Part shown: positions 1 to 11,293 of the stretch, piece by piece
Position numbering within the stretch: position 1 is the first letter of the stretch
How the letters are laid out: every line of letters begins with the position of its first letter
DNA from: Malacoraja senta
Lineage: Eukaryota
Assembly: GCA_038087875.1 (NCBI GenBank)
Contig: CM075988.1
Span: 10,542,001-10,606,000, forward strand
DNA: 64,000 nucleotides
Direction of reading: 5' to 3'
Translations under genes and position numbers: made by a program
Notes under the pieces: generated by a model
Databases searched by the model: none
Told to the model about the DNA's origin: nothing
What the model saw: only the letters and a program-made list of their open reading frames with translations

Positions 1-3000
1 GGGGAAACGGAAAATCAAAATGTGACAGGAGGATCCAGAATGTGTGAAGATAAAGCTCTAGATGTAAAAGGGGCAAAAACAGAAAGGAAGGGTAGTAAAA
101 ATCATCTGAAAGTGCTGTATCTAAATGCACGGAGTATTCGAAATAAGATAAATGAATTAACGGTGCAATTAAGTACATATAGTTATGATATCGTGGCCAT
201 TACAGAGACATGGCTGCAAGGGGATCAGGATTGGGAGTTAAATATAGAGGGGTACTCGACAATTAGAAAAGATAGACAGGAAAGAAAGGGAGGAGGGGTG
301 GCCCTTTTAATAAGGGAGGGAATAACGGCAATAGAGAGGAAGGATATTGCGTTGAAGGATCAGGATAGTGAAACAGCTTGGGTACAGATAGAGAATAACA
401 AGGGGAAAAAAACACTAGTGGGTGTAATTTATAGACCTCCAAATAGCTGTGACGCTGTTAGTCAGAACATAAATCTGCAAATAGTTGACGCATGTAAAAA
501 GGGAACTGCTGTAATCATGGGGGACTTCAATTTTCATATTAATTGGGCAAACCAAACTGGGCAGGGTAGACTAGAGGAAGAGTTTATAGAATGTATTAGA
601 GACGGGTTCCTAGAACAGTATGTCACAGAACCGACAAGGAGGGAGGCAATCTTGGATCTGGTCCTGTGTAATGAAGCAGGATTAATTAAAAATGTCATAG
701 TTAGGGACTCGTTGGGAACAAGTGACCACAATATGGTCGAATTCCATATTCAAATAGAAGGAGAGCAGGTTGAAACTCAGGCTAGGGTACTTAGTCTAAA
801 TAAAGGGGATTATGAAGGTATGAGGACTGAGCTGATCAAAGTTGACTGGGATAGCAGACTCAAGAATAAGACGGTACATGAGCAGTGGTGTACGTTTAAG
901 GATCTACTGTATAACCTTCAAGAAAAATTTATTCCTATGAAGAAAAAAAGTGGTAAGGGAAAGAACAGTCAGCCATGGCTCAGTAAAACTATAAAGGATA
1001 GTATTCGGCTGAAGGCAAGGGCATATAAGGTAGCTAGAGATAGTGGGAGGGTAGAGGATTGGGAAGCATTTAAAGGTCAGCAAAAAATAACTAAGAGATT
1101 AATTAAGACGGGGAAAATAGACTATGAAAGGAATTTAGCGAACAACATAAAAACTAATAGAAAGAGTTTTTATAGCTATATAAAAAGAAAAAGGGTGGCT
1201 AAGGTGAACGTTGGTCCATTGGAGGGTGAGACTGGAGAGTTGTTGGTGGGGAACATGGAAATGGCAAAGGCATTAAACGAGTATTTTGTATAGTCTTCAC
1301 CATAGAAGACACAAAAAATATTCCAACGCTGGATAAACAGGGGGCGGTAGGAATGGAGGAGCTAAATACTATTAAGATCACCAAGGAGGTGGTATTAGGG
1401 AAATTAATGAGACTGAAGGAGGATAAATCCCCTGGGCCTGATGGATTACATCCAAGGGTCTTGAGGGAGATAGCGGTGGGGATTGTGGATGCATTGGTGA
1501 TAATTTTCCAAAACTCCCTGGAGGCAGGAACGGTCCCAGTGGATTGGAAAATGGCCAATGTAACACCTATATTTAAAAAAGGAAGTAAACAGAAGGCGGG
1601 TAACTATAGACCGGTTAGTCTAACATCGGTGGTGGGTAAAATGTTAGAGACAATTATTAAAGAAACACTAACGGGGCACTTGGATAAACATGACTTCATC
1701 GGACAGAACCAGCATGGTTTTGTGAAGGGGAAGTCCTGTTTAACGAATCTGCTCGAATTCTTTGAGGAAGTAACAACCCGGGTGGATAAAGGGGAACCAG
1801 TGGATGTGGTATACTTGGACTTCCAAAAGGCTTTTGACAAGGTGCCACATAAGAGACTATTGCTAAAAATAAAAAATTATGGGATTGGGGGTAATATATT
1901 AGCATGGGTAGAAGATAGGCTAACAAATAGGAAGCAGAGAGTGGGGATAAATGGTTCATACTCGGGATGGCAACCGGTAACTAGTGGGGTTCCGCAAGGG
2001 TCGGTGCTGGGACCCCAGTTGTTCACAATTTATATAAATGATTTGGAGGAGGGAACCAAGTGTAATATATCAAAATTTGCGGACGATACAAAAATGGGAG
2101 GAAAAGTAGGGGATGAGGAGGATAGGAAGAGTCTGCAAAAGGATATAGATAAGCTAGGTGAGTGGGCAACAACTTGGCAGATGAAATTTAATACTAATAA
2201 ATGTGAAGTCATTCACTTTGGGAAAAAAAATGATAGGGCAAGTTATTTTCTAAATGAGGTGGAGCTGCGTTGTAATGCAACGCAAAGGGATCTAGGGGTA
2301 GTAGTACATGAATCACTAAAAGTTAGTATGCAGGTGCAGCAAGCAATCAGGAAGGCCGATGGAGTTTTGGCCTTTATTGCTAGGGGGATTGAGTATAAAA
2401 ACACGGAGGTCTTGCTGCAGCTGTACACAGTATTAGTGAGACCACATTTGGAATACTGTGTACAGTTCTGGGGTCCATACTTAAGAAAGGATGTACTGGC
2501 CCTGGAGGCAGTGCAGCGAAGGTTTACAAGATTAATTCCTGCAATGAGGGGATTGACATATGAGGAAAGGTTAAGTAGGCTGGAACTCTACTCTTTGGAG
2601 TTTAGAAGAATGAGAGGCGATCTCATTGAAACATATAAGATCGTGAGGGGCCTTGATCGGGTGGATGCACCGAGGATGTTCCCAATGATCGGGGAAACTA
2701 GAACTAGGGGACATAGTTGTAGAATAAGAGGGGGCTCTTTTAAAACTGAGATGAGGAAGAACTTCTTCACCCAGAGGGTGGTTAATTTATGGAATTCACT
2801 GCCCCAGGGAGCAGTGGAAGCAGAAACATTAAATATATTTAAGTCTAAAATAGATGGTTTTTTAGCTGCCAAGGGGATAAGGGGCTACGGGGAGAGGGCA
2901 GGGATATGGACCTAGGTATGGTTAGTATAGTAAGACCTGAGTGATCTCCTGGACAAGTGTCGATCGCCTGGATTGGGGTCGGAGAGGAATTTCCCGGATT

Positions 3001-3250
3001 TTTTTCCCGAATTGGACCTGGGTTTTTATCCGGTTTTTTGCCTCCCCAGGAGATCACGCGGTTCTTGGGGTGGAGAGGGGTGATAGCGATATAAAGGGGA
3101 GGGTAGTGTCTTGTGTTCTGTGTCTTGTGTCTACTGTTTGTGGGTAAGGGTGTCTGTTTAGTGTTCAGCCATGAGCGAATGGCGGTGCGGGCTCGATGGG
3201 CCTGGTGGTCTACTCTCGCACCTACTTTCTATGTTTCTATGTTTCTATGT
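1..3250 (+). mobile_element. CR1-clade (HER1-like) LINE, young copy; 5' part lies outside the window
   Basis: APE endonuclease (YLNARS, ITETW, GGGVA, YRPP, MGDFN, LDL, SDH) followed by RT (PGPDG, YRPVSL, DFQKAFD, GVPQGSVLGP, FADD), a 3' UTR and a (TTTCTATG)3 tail at ~3225-3250. Confidence 0.95.
22..2915 (+). pseudogene. CR1 ORF2 (APE endonuclease-reverse transcriptase) split by a frameshift near 1290
   Basis: ORFs 22-1293 (APE) and 1353-2915 (RT) are in different frames; the homologous CR1 at 18971 reads ...NYFGSVFT continuously across this point. Confidence 0.9.
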
Positions 3251-4203
3251 TAAGTGCGAGGTGTTGAATTTTGGGAAGTAAACCAGGACAGTATTTTCAC
3301 AGTGAGGTCTTGCTGCAGCTGTACACAGTATTAGTGAGACCACATTTGGAATACTGTGTACAGTTCTGGGGTCCATACTTAAGAAAGGATGTACTGGCCC
3401 TGGAGGCAGTGCAGCGAAGGTTTACAAGATTAATTCCTGCAATGAGGGGATTGACATATGAGGAAAGGTTAAGTAGGCTGGAACTCTACTCTTTGGAGTT
3501 TAGAAGAATGAGAGGCGATCTCATTGAAACATATAAGATCGTGAGGGGCCTTGATCGGGTGGATGCACCGAGGATGTTCCCAATGATCGGGGAAACTAGA
3601 ACTAGGGGACATAGTTGTAGAATAAGAGGGGGCTCTTTTAAAACTGAGATGAGGAAGAACTTCTTCACCCAGAGGGTGGTTAATTTATGGAATTCACTGC
3701 CCCAGGGAGCAGTGGAAGCAGAAACATTAAATATATTTAAGTCTAAAATAGATGGTTTTTTAGCTGCCAAGGGGATAAGGGGCTACGGGGAGAGGGCAGG
3801 GATATGGACCTAGGTATGGTTAGTATAGTAAGACCTGAGTGATCTCCTGGACAAGTGTCGATCGCCTGGATTGGGGTCGGAGAGGAATTTCCCGGATTTT
3901 TTTCCCGAATTGGACCTGGGTTTTTATCCGGTTTTTTGCCTCCCCAGGAGATCACGCGGTTCTTGGGGTGGAGAGGGGTGATAGCGATATAAAGGGGAGG
4001 GTAGTGTCTTGTGTTCTGTGTCTTGTGTCTACTGTTTGTGGGTAAGAGTGTCTGTTTAGTGTTCAGCCATGAGCGAATGGCGGTGCGGGCTCGATGGGCC
4101 TGGTGGTCTACTCTCGCACCTACTTTCTATGTTTCTATGTTTCTATGTTAAGTGCGAGGTGTTGAATTTTGGGAAGTAAACCAGGACAGTATTTTCACAG
4201 TGA
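2406..4203 (+). repeat. 898-bp direct tandem duplication (2406-3305 repeated as 3304-4203)
   Basis: Near-identical copies of the CR1 3' ORF end, UTR, tail and ~55 bp of flank; a G3149/A4047 difference is visible; 'ga' microhomology at the junction. Confidence 0.95.
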
Positions 4204-5020
4204 AAGGCAGGGCCCTGGAGAGTGTTGTAAAGCAGAAGGATCTAGGAGTGCGGGCACATAGTTCCTTGAAAGTAGTATCATGTAGATAGGGTAGTCAAGA
4301 AGACTTTTGGTACATTGGCCTCTATTAGTCAGTGTTTTGATTACAGAAGTTGGGATAGACACAAAAAGTTAGAGTAACTCAGCACGATAGGCAGCATCTC
4401 TGGAGAGCAGGAATGGGTGACGTTTCAGGTCGAGGCCATTCTTCAGAAGTTAGGATGTTATATTACAGTTGTACAAGACATTGCTGAGGCCACATTTGGA
4501 GTATTGTGTTCAGTTTCGGTCACCCTGCCAGAAAAGGGATATTGTTAAGCTGGAAAGAATGCAGAGAATATTTGTGCGGATGATACCAGGACTTGAGGGC
4601 ATGAGCTATCGGGAGAGGTTGGACAGGCTAGGACTTTATTTCCTGGAGCGCAGGAGGATGAGGGGTGATCTTATAGCAATGAACAAAATCATGAGAGGAA
4701 TAGATTGGGTAGACGCACAGTGTCTTTACCCAGAGTAGGGGAATCAATAACCAGATGACATAGGGTTAAGATGAGAGAGGCAAGATTTAAAAGGAGCCTG
4801 AGAGGCAAAATTTCATGTTGAGGGTGGTGCCTCCATAGAATGAGCAGCCAGAGAAAATAGTTGAGGCAGGTAATACAACCACATTTAGTAGACATTTGGA
4901 CAGGTACATAGATAGGAACGGTTTAGAGGGATTTGTGCCACACTTGGGCAGATGGACTAGTGCAGCTGGGGCATCTTGGTCAGCATTGGCAAGTTGGGTC
5001 AAAGGGCCTGTTTCCATGGT
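4149..5020 (+). mobile_element. Older decayed CR1 3' fragment (the target of the young CR1 insertion)
   Basis: Degenerate KCEV..FG, RDLGV, LYKTLLRPHLEYCVQF, RRRMRGDLI motifs and a CR1-type 3' end. Confidence 0.85.
4357..4447 (-). mobile_element. Short Penelope-terminal/hammerhead repeat inserted with a 13-bp target-site duplication
   Basis: Flanks cagaagttgggat (4344-4356) and cagaagttaggat (4444-4456); minus strand reads tctgaagaatggcctcgacctgaaacgtcaccc. Confidence 0.7.
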
Positions 5021-5913
5021 GAAAAACTCGAGTTTAAAACCTAAGATACTGAAAATGGTCCATGGGTTAAAAACATCTCTGGTGAGCTAACAATTCAGAC
5101 TTTTGCCCTTCCAGTGGAACTCTTGCTTGTTTATATTTGGAGTCCAAGCCCAAATGAAGTAACCCAAGAGTAATTCCTGTTGGGATCAGCTAACTGTGCG
5201 AGGACTGGCTATCAAACCATGGAATTCAATCGAGATGAATATTTCCATGTCGTTCAGAGATGTGTGTTTAAAATCTCAGCCATGATTAAGTAATTATAAA
5301 ATCAGAATACTATTCAAGACCCAATAGATATTGGTTAATGACTTTATTATGCATAGAGTTTTTGTTTGTGCTGTTTACACTTATTTCACTTTAAAGATAC
5401 TGTGACTTAAACTGGCCCTGTTGCTTTTGATGAGCAGCGAAAGCAACATCCGACATTGTAGCAAGGACTGAGTTATATAAACCTGGTTCAGCATTCTGAG
5501 CACACAATCTGAAATTCTGTTTTGGTTTAGTGCAAAGCTGCGAACAGTAAGATGTTCGCAGACTGGAAAAAAACTCTTATCCAATTCCCCTCGTCCTCAT
5601 TGTTTCTAAATTAATCCACTGAGGTCATAACCATATCAATCTACTCCAATGTGCCAAATTCATTTCCTCACATGCATTGACCCAAGAATACACCAGTGAC
5701 CAAGTGAAGAGTAGATGCTTGTTAATTATAATGAAACATGACATACATATTTTATTTTGATTTTCTTCTTCAATATTTTTCAGCTGCCCCAAAGACTGAT
5801 ACTTGCCTTCTGGGTGACAACAGTACTGAGTCTTGACTGATTATTTGACGGCTCAACCAGATTTATTTCTTCTAAAGGGTCAGTTTTCACCGCTGCTACG
5901 AGGTGGTTGTTAA

Positions 5914-6518
5914 AGGCCTGTCTCACGAGTCTGCGGTGATTGGCGGCAAAACAGGAACAATCTACCGCTCCTGGGCCGCCAGAGACCGCGGGCTCAGTCA
6001 AACGCCTGCCGCCGGTGCTAAAATAAAACCAACACTGTTCAAAAATATGTTCTTACCGCACAGCCGCCGCCAGTGAGGCACGAGTGCGGTATGGCCGCCG
6101 CCACAGCCGCCGCCAGTGCGGCACGAGCGCCGTGCGCCGAACTTGCACCGCCACAGCCTCCGCCAGTGAGGCACGACCACCGCCACAGCCGCCGCCACAG
6201 CCGCCGCCACAGCCGCCGCTAGTGAGTCACGTGTGCCGCACGACCGCCTCCACAGCCACCGCCACAGCGCCGCGATCAGCACTGCCGCCGCCACAGCCCC
6301 GCAGATCCGAAATGACGTCATCGCAGTCGGCCCGCCCTTTGTTTTTACTTACCGCAAGCTCGTGGGACCAGCCGTACTTAAATCACTTGGCCCCCGCGCA
6401 GCATCCGTGCGGTGCTCCCATGGCATAGGCTCGGCGCTCTCGCCGTTGCCGTGCGGTCCCCTCTACCGGCGACGCCGCGCTTAACCGCCGATGACCGCAA
6501 CACCGTGAGACAGAGCCT
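5914..6518 (+). mobile_element. CpG-rich non-autonomous DNA transposon (PIF/Harbinger-like MITE), copy 1
   Basis: Imperfect TIRs aggcctgtctcac...gtgagacagagcct, flanked by TAA/TTA; internal ccgccacagccg tandem repeats; homologous to 44327-44908 and 49080-49673. Confidence 0.85.
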
Positions 6519-6770
6519 TTAGAAGGAGTGCAGCTGGCATTAAGCCTATCAACTGTTATGGTAGGAAGCGAATCTGAGTAATCTCCACGATTTTGGAGGG
6601 TTGTTTGCACGCTGACTCAATAGTCCTAACATAACACAGCTAATGTCATCATATCAGAATGGATAAAAGTGACAAAGCAGGACTGTTTACAAGATTTAAC
6701 ATACAGTACAAGTAGCAAGACTCGAATTGCCCTCGGCGACTTTTGCGAGGAATACATGTAGAAACAGTAT

Positions 6771-6905
6771 ATGTGGGAAGGAACTGCAGATGCTGGTTTA
6801 CATTGGATAGACACAAAATACTGGAGTAACTCAGTGGGTCAGGCAGCATCCTTAGAGAAAACAAATAGGTGATGTTTCGGGGCGAGACCCTTCTTCAGAC
6901 TGAGA
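6771..6905 (-). repeat. Penelope-terminal/hammerhead repeat copy
   Basis: ggaactgcagatgctgg...gagtaactcag...ggtgatgtttcggggcgagacccttcttcagactga. Confidence 0.75.
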
Positions 6906-8204
6906 GAAACAACATACGGTGTATTTACCATAAAACTACAGCACTTGAACAAATGTATGGAAACCCAAGACAGTACCAAATGAAGATTATATAACAAAAA
7001 GGTGCTGGAAGAGCGGCTGAGAAATCCAGCCATCTTCCATAGATTTGAACAAGTAGTCATAATCTAAATGGTAATTCATCCTGAGCCACAGAGGGTTGTA
7101 GAGTTATTTTCAGGGCAAAATTGGGCAGATAAAGTGCTTCAGAACACAACGTTTAACTGAGGATGGACCTTGATTTGCACAGATAAAGCAATTCCCATTT
7201 GATTTGAGCAGAAACGAGTAGAATATAGTGGGATTAGTGCAAATGTTTGCTTGAAGGTCAGCACGAACCTGATGGACCAAACAGCCTGCTTCTGTGCTGT
7301 TCAACTCTATGATTTCCTTATTTCAATTAAATTTACGCCTTGAATGTATTTTTGTTTTGGCAACAAGGTGGTAAGTGTGAAATACCAGCATCTGTACACA
7401 GGCCCAGGGATACAATCGGCCTCTCGGGATCAGCATTCCAGTTGTCGTCATCACCAAATCTTCTCCGCTCTCTTTCAAAGTTAATCAGAGTGCGCCAGTT
7501 TTTTGTCCAGCTGAGACCAAGAAATGTAGAAAAAGACTGCATTTGAACTTGAAGGTCCTCAAAATTACTTTGGGCAATTCTGTTAATTAAGTGTATTGTT
7601 TCATCTGGCATTGCTCCCTTTAGTGCTTTCTGATAGGCACAATGGGCATAATATTACGTTAATTAGCCATGTAACATAGACATTGATTATTGCTTCAGTG
7701 ACAGCTGTGTGTTGTGCAATGGCCAGTGTTAGAGCAGCACATATTTATCATTCCTTATACCTGGGTGCTCTTGTTCAACCTGTAAAATTGATGCTGAAAG
7801 AGGAAACAGGCTGACTGTTCTGCGGATGGCTGCTTCCTACCACCTCCACATACAGTTAGCAGTGCTGCGTCGACAACGTGATCTGGGTTAGGGATGTGGG
7901 AAAGGTGTCTGATAAGGATAGGCTTTGATTCATTATTGAAGCTCCAGTCTTTGGATCAGATTGAAAATTATGTCGGCTGCAAGGCAAATGGCACATTGTA
8001 AATTTAGAAAATGTTTGGCACCATTTCATGTCAAGGTCTCCTGTAATGCGGATTTCATGTCACACTTCAAGAAGCAGTTGGAGCTCTTCAAATTTGAGTG
8101 AGAAAAGTAGTGGCGTTTGTCATTTTGGTTAATGTTAATTTACTTCACCCCTCTCCCCTTTCTGTCTTGAACCTCTTCTTTGGTTATGATCTGTACTATC
8201 TCAG

Positions 8205-8680
8205 AAGACATAGAAAAATAGAAACATAGAAAATATGTGCAGGAGTAGGCGATTCGGCCCGTCAGGACAGCACCACCATTCTATATGATCATGGCAGACA
8301 ATTCAAAATCAGCACCCCGTTCCTGCTTTCTCCCCATATTCCCGATTCCGTTAGCCATAGGAGCAGAATTTGGCCATTTAACCCATTGAGTCTGTTCTGC
8401 ATTTGATCATGGCTGATGTATTTTTTCCTCTCAAACCCTTACCCCTGCCTTCTCCCCTTACCCTTTGACGCCCTTACTTTGAACCTATCAATCTCCGCTT
8501 TAAAAAAACCTAATGGTATTTGACCTCCACAGCCATCTGGGGCAATGAATTCCACAGATTTGCCATCCTCTGGCTAAAGAAATTCCTCATCATCTCCAAC
8601 CTAAAGGTACATCTTTTTATTCTGAGGATGTGCCCTCTGGTCCTAGACTTTCCCACTGCTGGAAACATCCTCTCTACATC
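8205..8680 (-). mobile_element. CR1 3' end fragments (two stacked tails)
   Basis: catagaaa tail repeats; minus-strand GKSRTRGH.LRI...FFSQR..NLWNSLP. Confidence 0.85.
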
Positions 8681-9619
8681 TGTCTTCCAGTATAACACTC
8701 CAGTGATATGTTTTCACGAGGAAGCCAAGTCAATGGAACTTCAACAAGTCTCAAATTTCTGTCCATTTTAACATTTGATTTTTTTTGGGGGGGTGTACTT
8801 TTGTGGAGACATGGCACCTTTCTTGCTTCTGTAGTCCATGGCTCCGATGTGTCCTGTGATTTTCAAATGTACTGTGGTTATTTTAATAGACCAGTATTCT
8901 AGAGTATGAGACCCATAATGCAAGGAAAGTTAAAGAAATGTAGATGCTGGAAATCTGACAAAAAATTACCAATAAACATTAGAAATATTCAGTCGGTCCT
9001 TTGAAAAGCCTGGGATCAGAAATGTTAACCTTCTCTTTCCACGGATGCACCCTGACCTGTTGAATGTTTCCATGATTTTCAATCCTATGAATGCATGTTC
9101 AAATCACAACATAACAGCATGTAAAATTGAATGTCATATTTTTTGTCAAATTATGCCAAGTATGAATAAAACTGTCAGAAGGTCAGAAAATCCCAATTGG
9201 TTTGGTATTCAAAAGAAAACAACCGTGCTCTTTTATCCAGAGTGGCCTTGAAGTGACTCCAGTCACATAACAAGATGATTAACACTTCACCACCCTTTTA
9301 AAAGTGGACATTGCCCTTAGTTGGATCCATGGTGCCAGTCCTGTATTGACATTGTTTTAAATTCTGCAGTGGGTGTACCTAACTGTTTGATGGAGTCCTG
9401 TGAAAACAAGCACTGCAGCGGAAGGTAAAAGGTGCTTCCCACTATCTCACCATCTTCTCAATTGCATTGATATGTGCACAATATATGCTGTTGGGGGCAG
9501 AAAGGAAATGTATAAACCGTTGCAAGTGTATTAATTTGTAAGTGTATTCCGTGTAAGTATATACCAGTTTTAAATTTGAGGTTGATATTGGTGGCGCTAC
9601 GATTGTTTGATGATGGGTT

Positions 9620-9920
9620 TGTTTAGTTTAGAGATGCAGCCTGGAAACAGGCCCTTCGGCCCACCGAGTCTGCACCGACCAGCGATCCCTGCACACTAAC
9701 CTACACACACAAGGGACAATTTACATCTACACCAAGCCAATTTACCTACATACCTGTACGTCTTTGGAGTGTGGGAGGAAACCTAAGATCTCGGAGAAAA
9801 CCCACGCAGTCATGGGGAGAACGTACAAACTCCGTACAAACAGCACCCTTAGTCGGGATCGAACCCGCGTCTGGCGCTGCAAGCGCTGTAAAGCAGCAAC
9901 TCTACCATTGTACCACCATG
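9620..9920 (-). mobile_element. tRNA-derived V-SINE (HE1-like)
   Basis: Central domain (rc) gagtttgtacgttctccccatgactgcgtgggttttctccgag...cctcccacactccaaagacgtacagg, tRNA-like head and CR1-like 3' tail. Confidence 0.8.
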
Positions 9921-10879
9921 TGAAAGACAGGATGCAAATGTGCCATTGTGTGTAAGACAGGATGCAAATGTTTTGCATTTGTTTGAGTGAATTAATTATC
10001 TGTAGTTTCCGTTACTTAGGAGATATTTACATAGGTAACTGCTTAGTAGTGCATATTGGTAGCATAAGTGGTGGGAGCAGGCATTGAAGGGGGTGATGCT
10101 GGGATGCTGGAATTAACTATTGAGCCTTCCTGAGGTGTTGTAGGCCTAACTCAATGAAATACCAGTGAAGGGAGGTGCCAACCTGACAACCCCAATGATA
10201 TAGTGGCATCTACACAATTCGTTGTTACATGCTTGTTAACATGTAGATACGTTATTATCGAATATGGAGTTAGTTATTGTCCTATAGCATAAGCATGTAT
10301 AGGCAGTTTAGATGCTACTTTGGCATCGGGCTTCGTTTTCTTGGTTGAGCACTTATCCTGGTGTTATAGCACAAATACTTTGTATTTTAGTAGTAATTTG
10401 ATTGCTCAAAAGATGCTCCTCTGATGGGAAACATAATATAGACTAGAAAACTTCTGATTAATCAACTACTGCAAACTTAATTTAAGAAGAATACAACCAG
10501 ATGGACCATTTGATTACAATCTGGATACCAGTTTCAGAAGCACCAGGGAGCATTCTGCAAAGTTCTCCTTATTAATATGCACAATATATTCATAATTGGA
10601 TTCTTTTTGCAGGGACTATTTGACTGCTGTGCCTTTTCTAATTTGTTACAACATTCAGAATATATTTGGGCATTTCGTTTTTTGGGGAGATACTAGATCG
10701 ATCTTGAATGCACATTCATTTTCAGACAGCAGTTTTATGAGGAGCTTAATTTCATTAAATAAATCTCCATCATAAACTATTGCTGGGACAAAATGCTGTG
10801 TTGTGGGTGCACTCACTCCTCAAGTATTGCAGTGGTCAACAGGCAGCTCACCACTGTCTTCTGAAGAACAATTAATGGA

Positions 10880-10979
10880 TGGCAGGGTGGCACAGCGGTA
10901 GAGTTGCTGCCTTACATTGCCAGAGACCCAGATCGATCCTAACTATGGGGGATGCTGTTTGTATGGAGTTTGTATGTTC
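10880..10979 (+). mobile_element. 5' part of a V-SINE split by the LINE at 10980-17571
   Basis: tRNA-like head ggtggcacagcggtagagttgctgcc...gtttgtatgttc; the sequence resumes at 17572. Confidence 0.8.
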
Positions 10980-11293
10980 AATTCAATTCAATTTTTTTTA
11001 TTTTTTTTCAATTTCAAAACTTTATTGGCATGATAAAAAATACATTGTTATATTGCCAAAGTACAAAACATGACATACATATTTAAAATGCATAAGTATA
11101 AATACAAGTATACAATGCATAGATAGATATGTCCCTGTACATAAACTCGCAAGAGGCCTATAGCCCTTTATTGATTTCTACACGTTCTTGCAGCTGTAAG
11201 CAGTACAACAGGATAGCAAGTTTAGCAATTCAATTTTCATTTCTTAGTGTCAGTTAATGTCAATTAGTGTGTGCGTACATATGTGCATATTGG

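Noticed and set aside
3271..3813. 180-aa ORF as a separate gene
   Set aside because: It is the duplicated CR1 RT C-terminus created by the tandem duplication
5998..6484. Ala/Pro/Arg-rich ORFs (also 44305-44899 and 49069-49715)
   Set aside because: Stop-poor GC-rich MITE sequence; frames are not conserved between the three copies
9840..9920. tRNA gene
   Set aside because: tRNA-like SINE head with no complete cloverleaf; it continues into the SINE body
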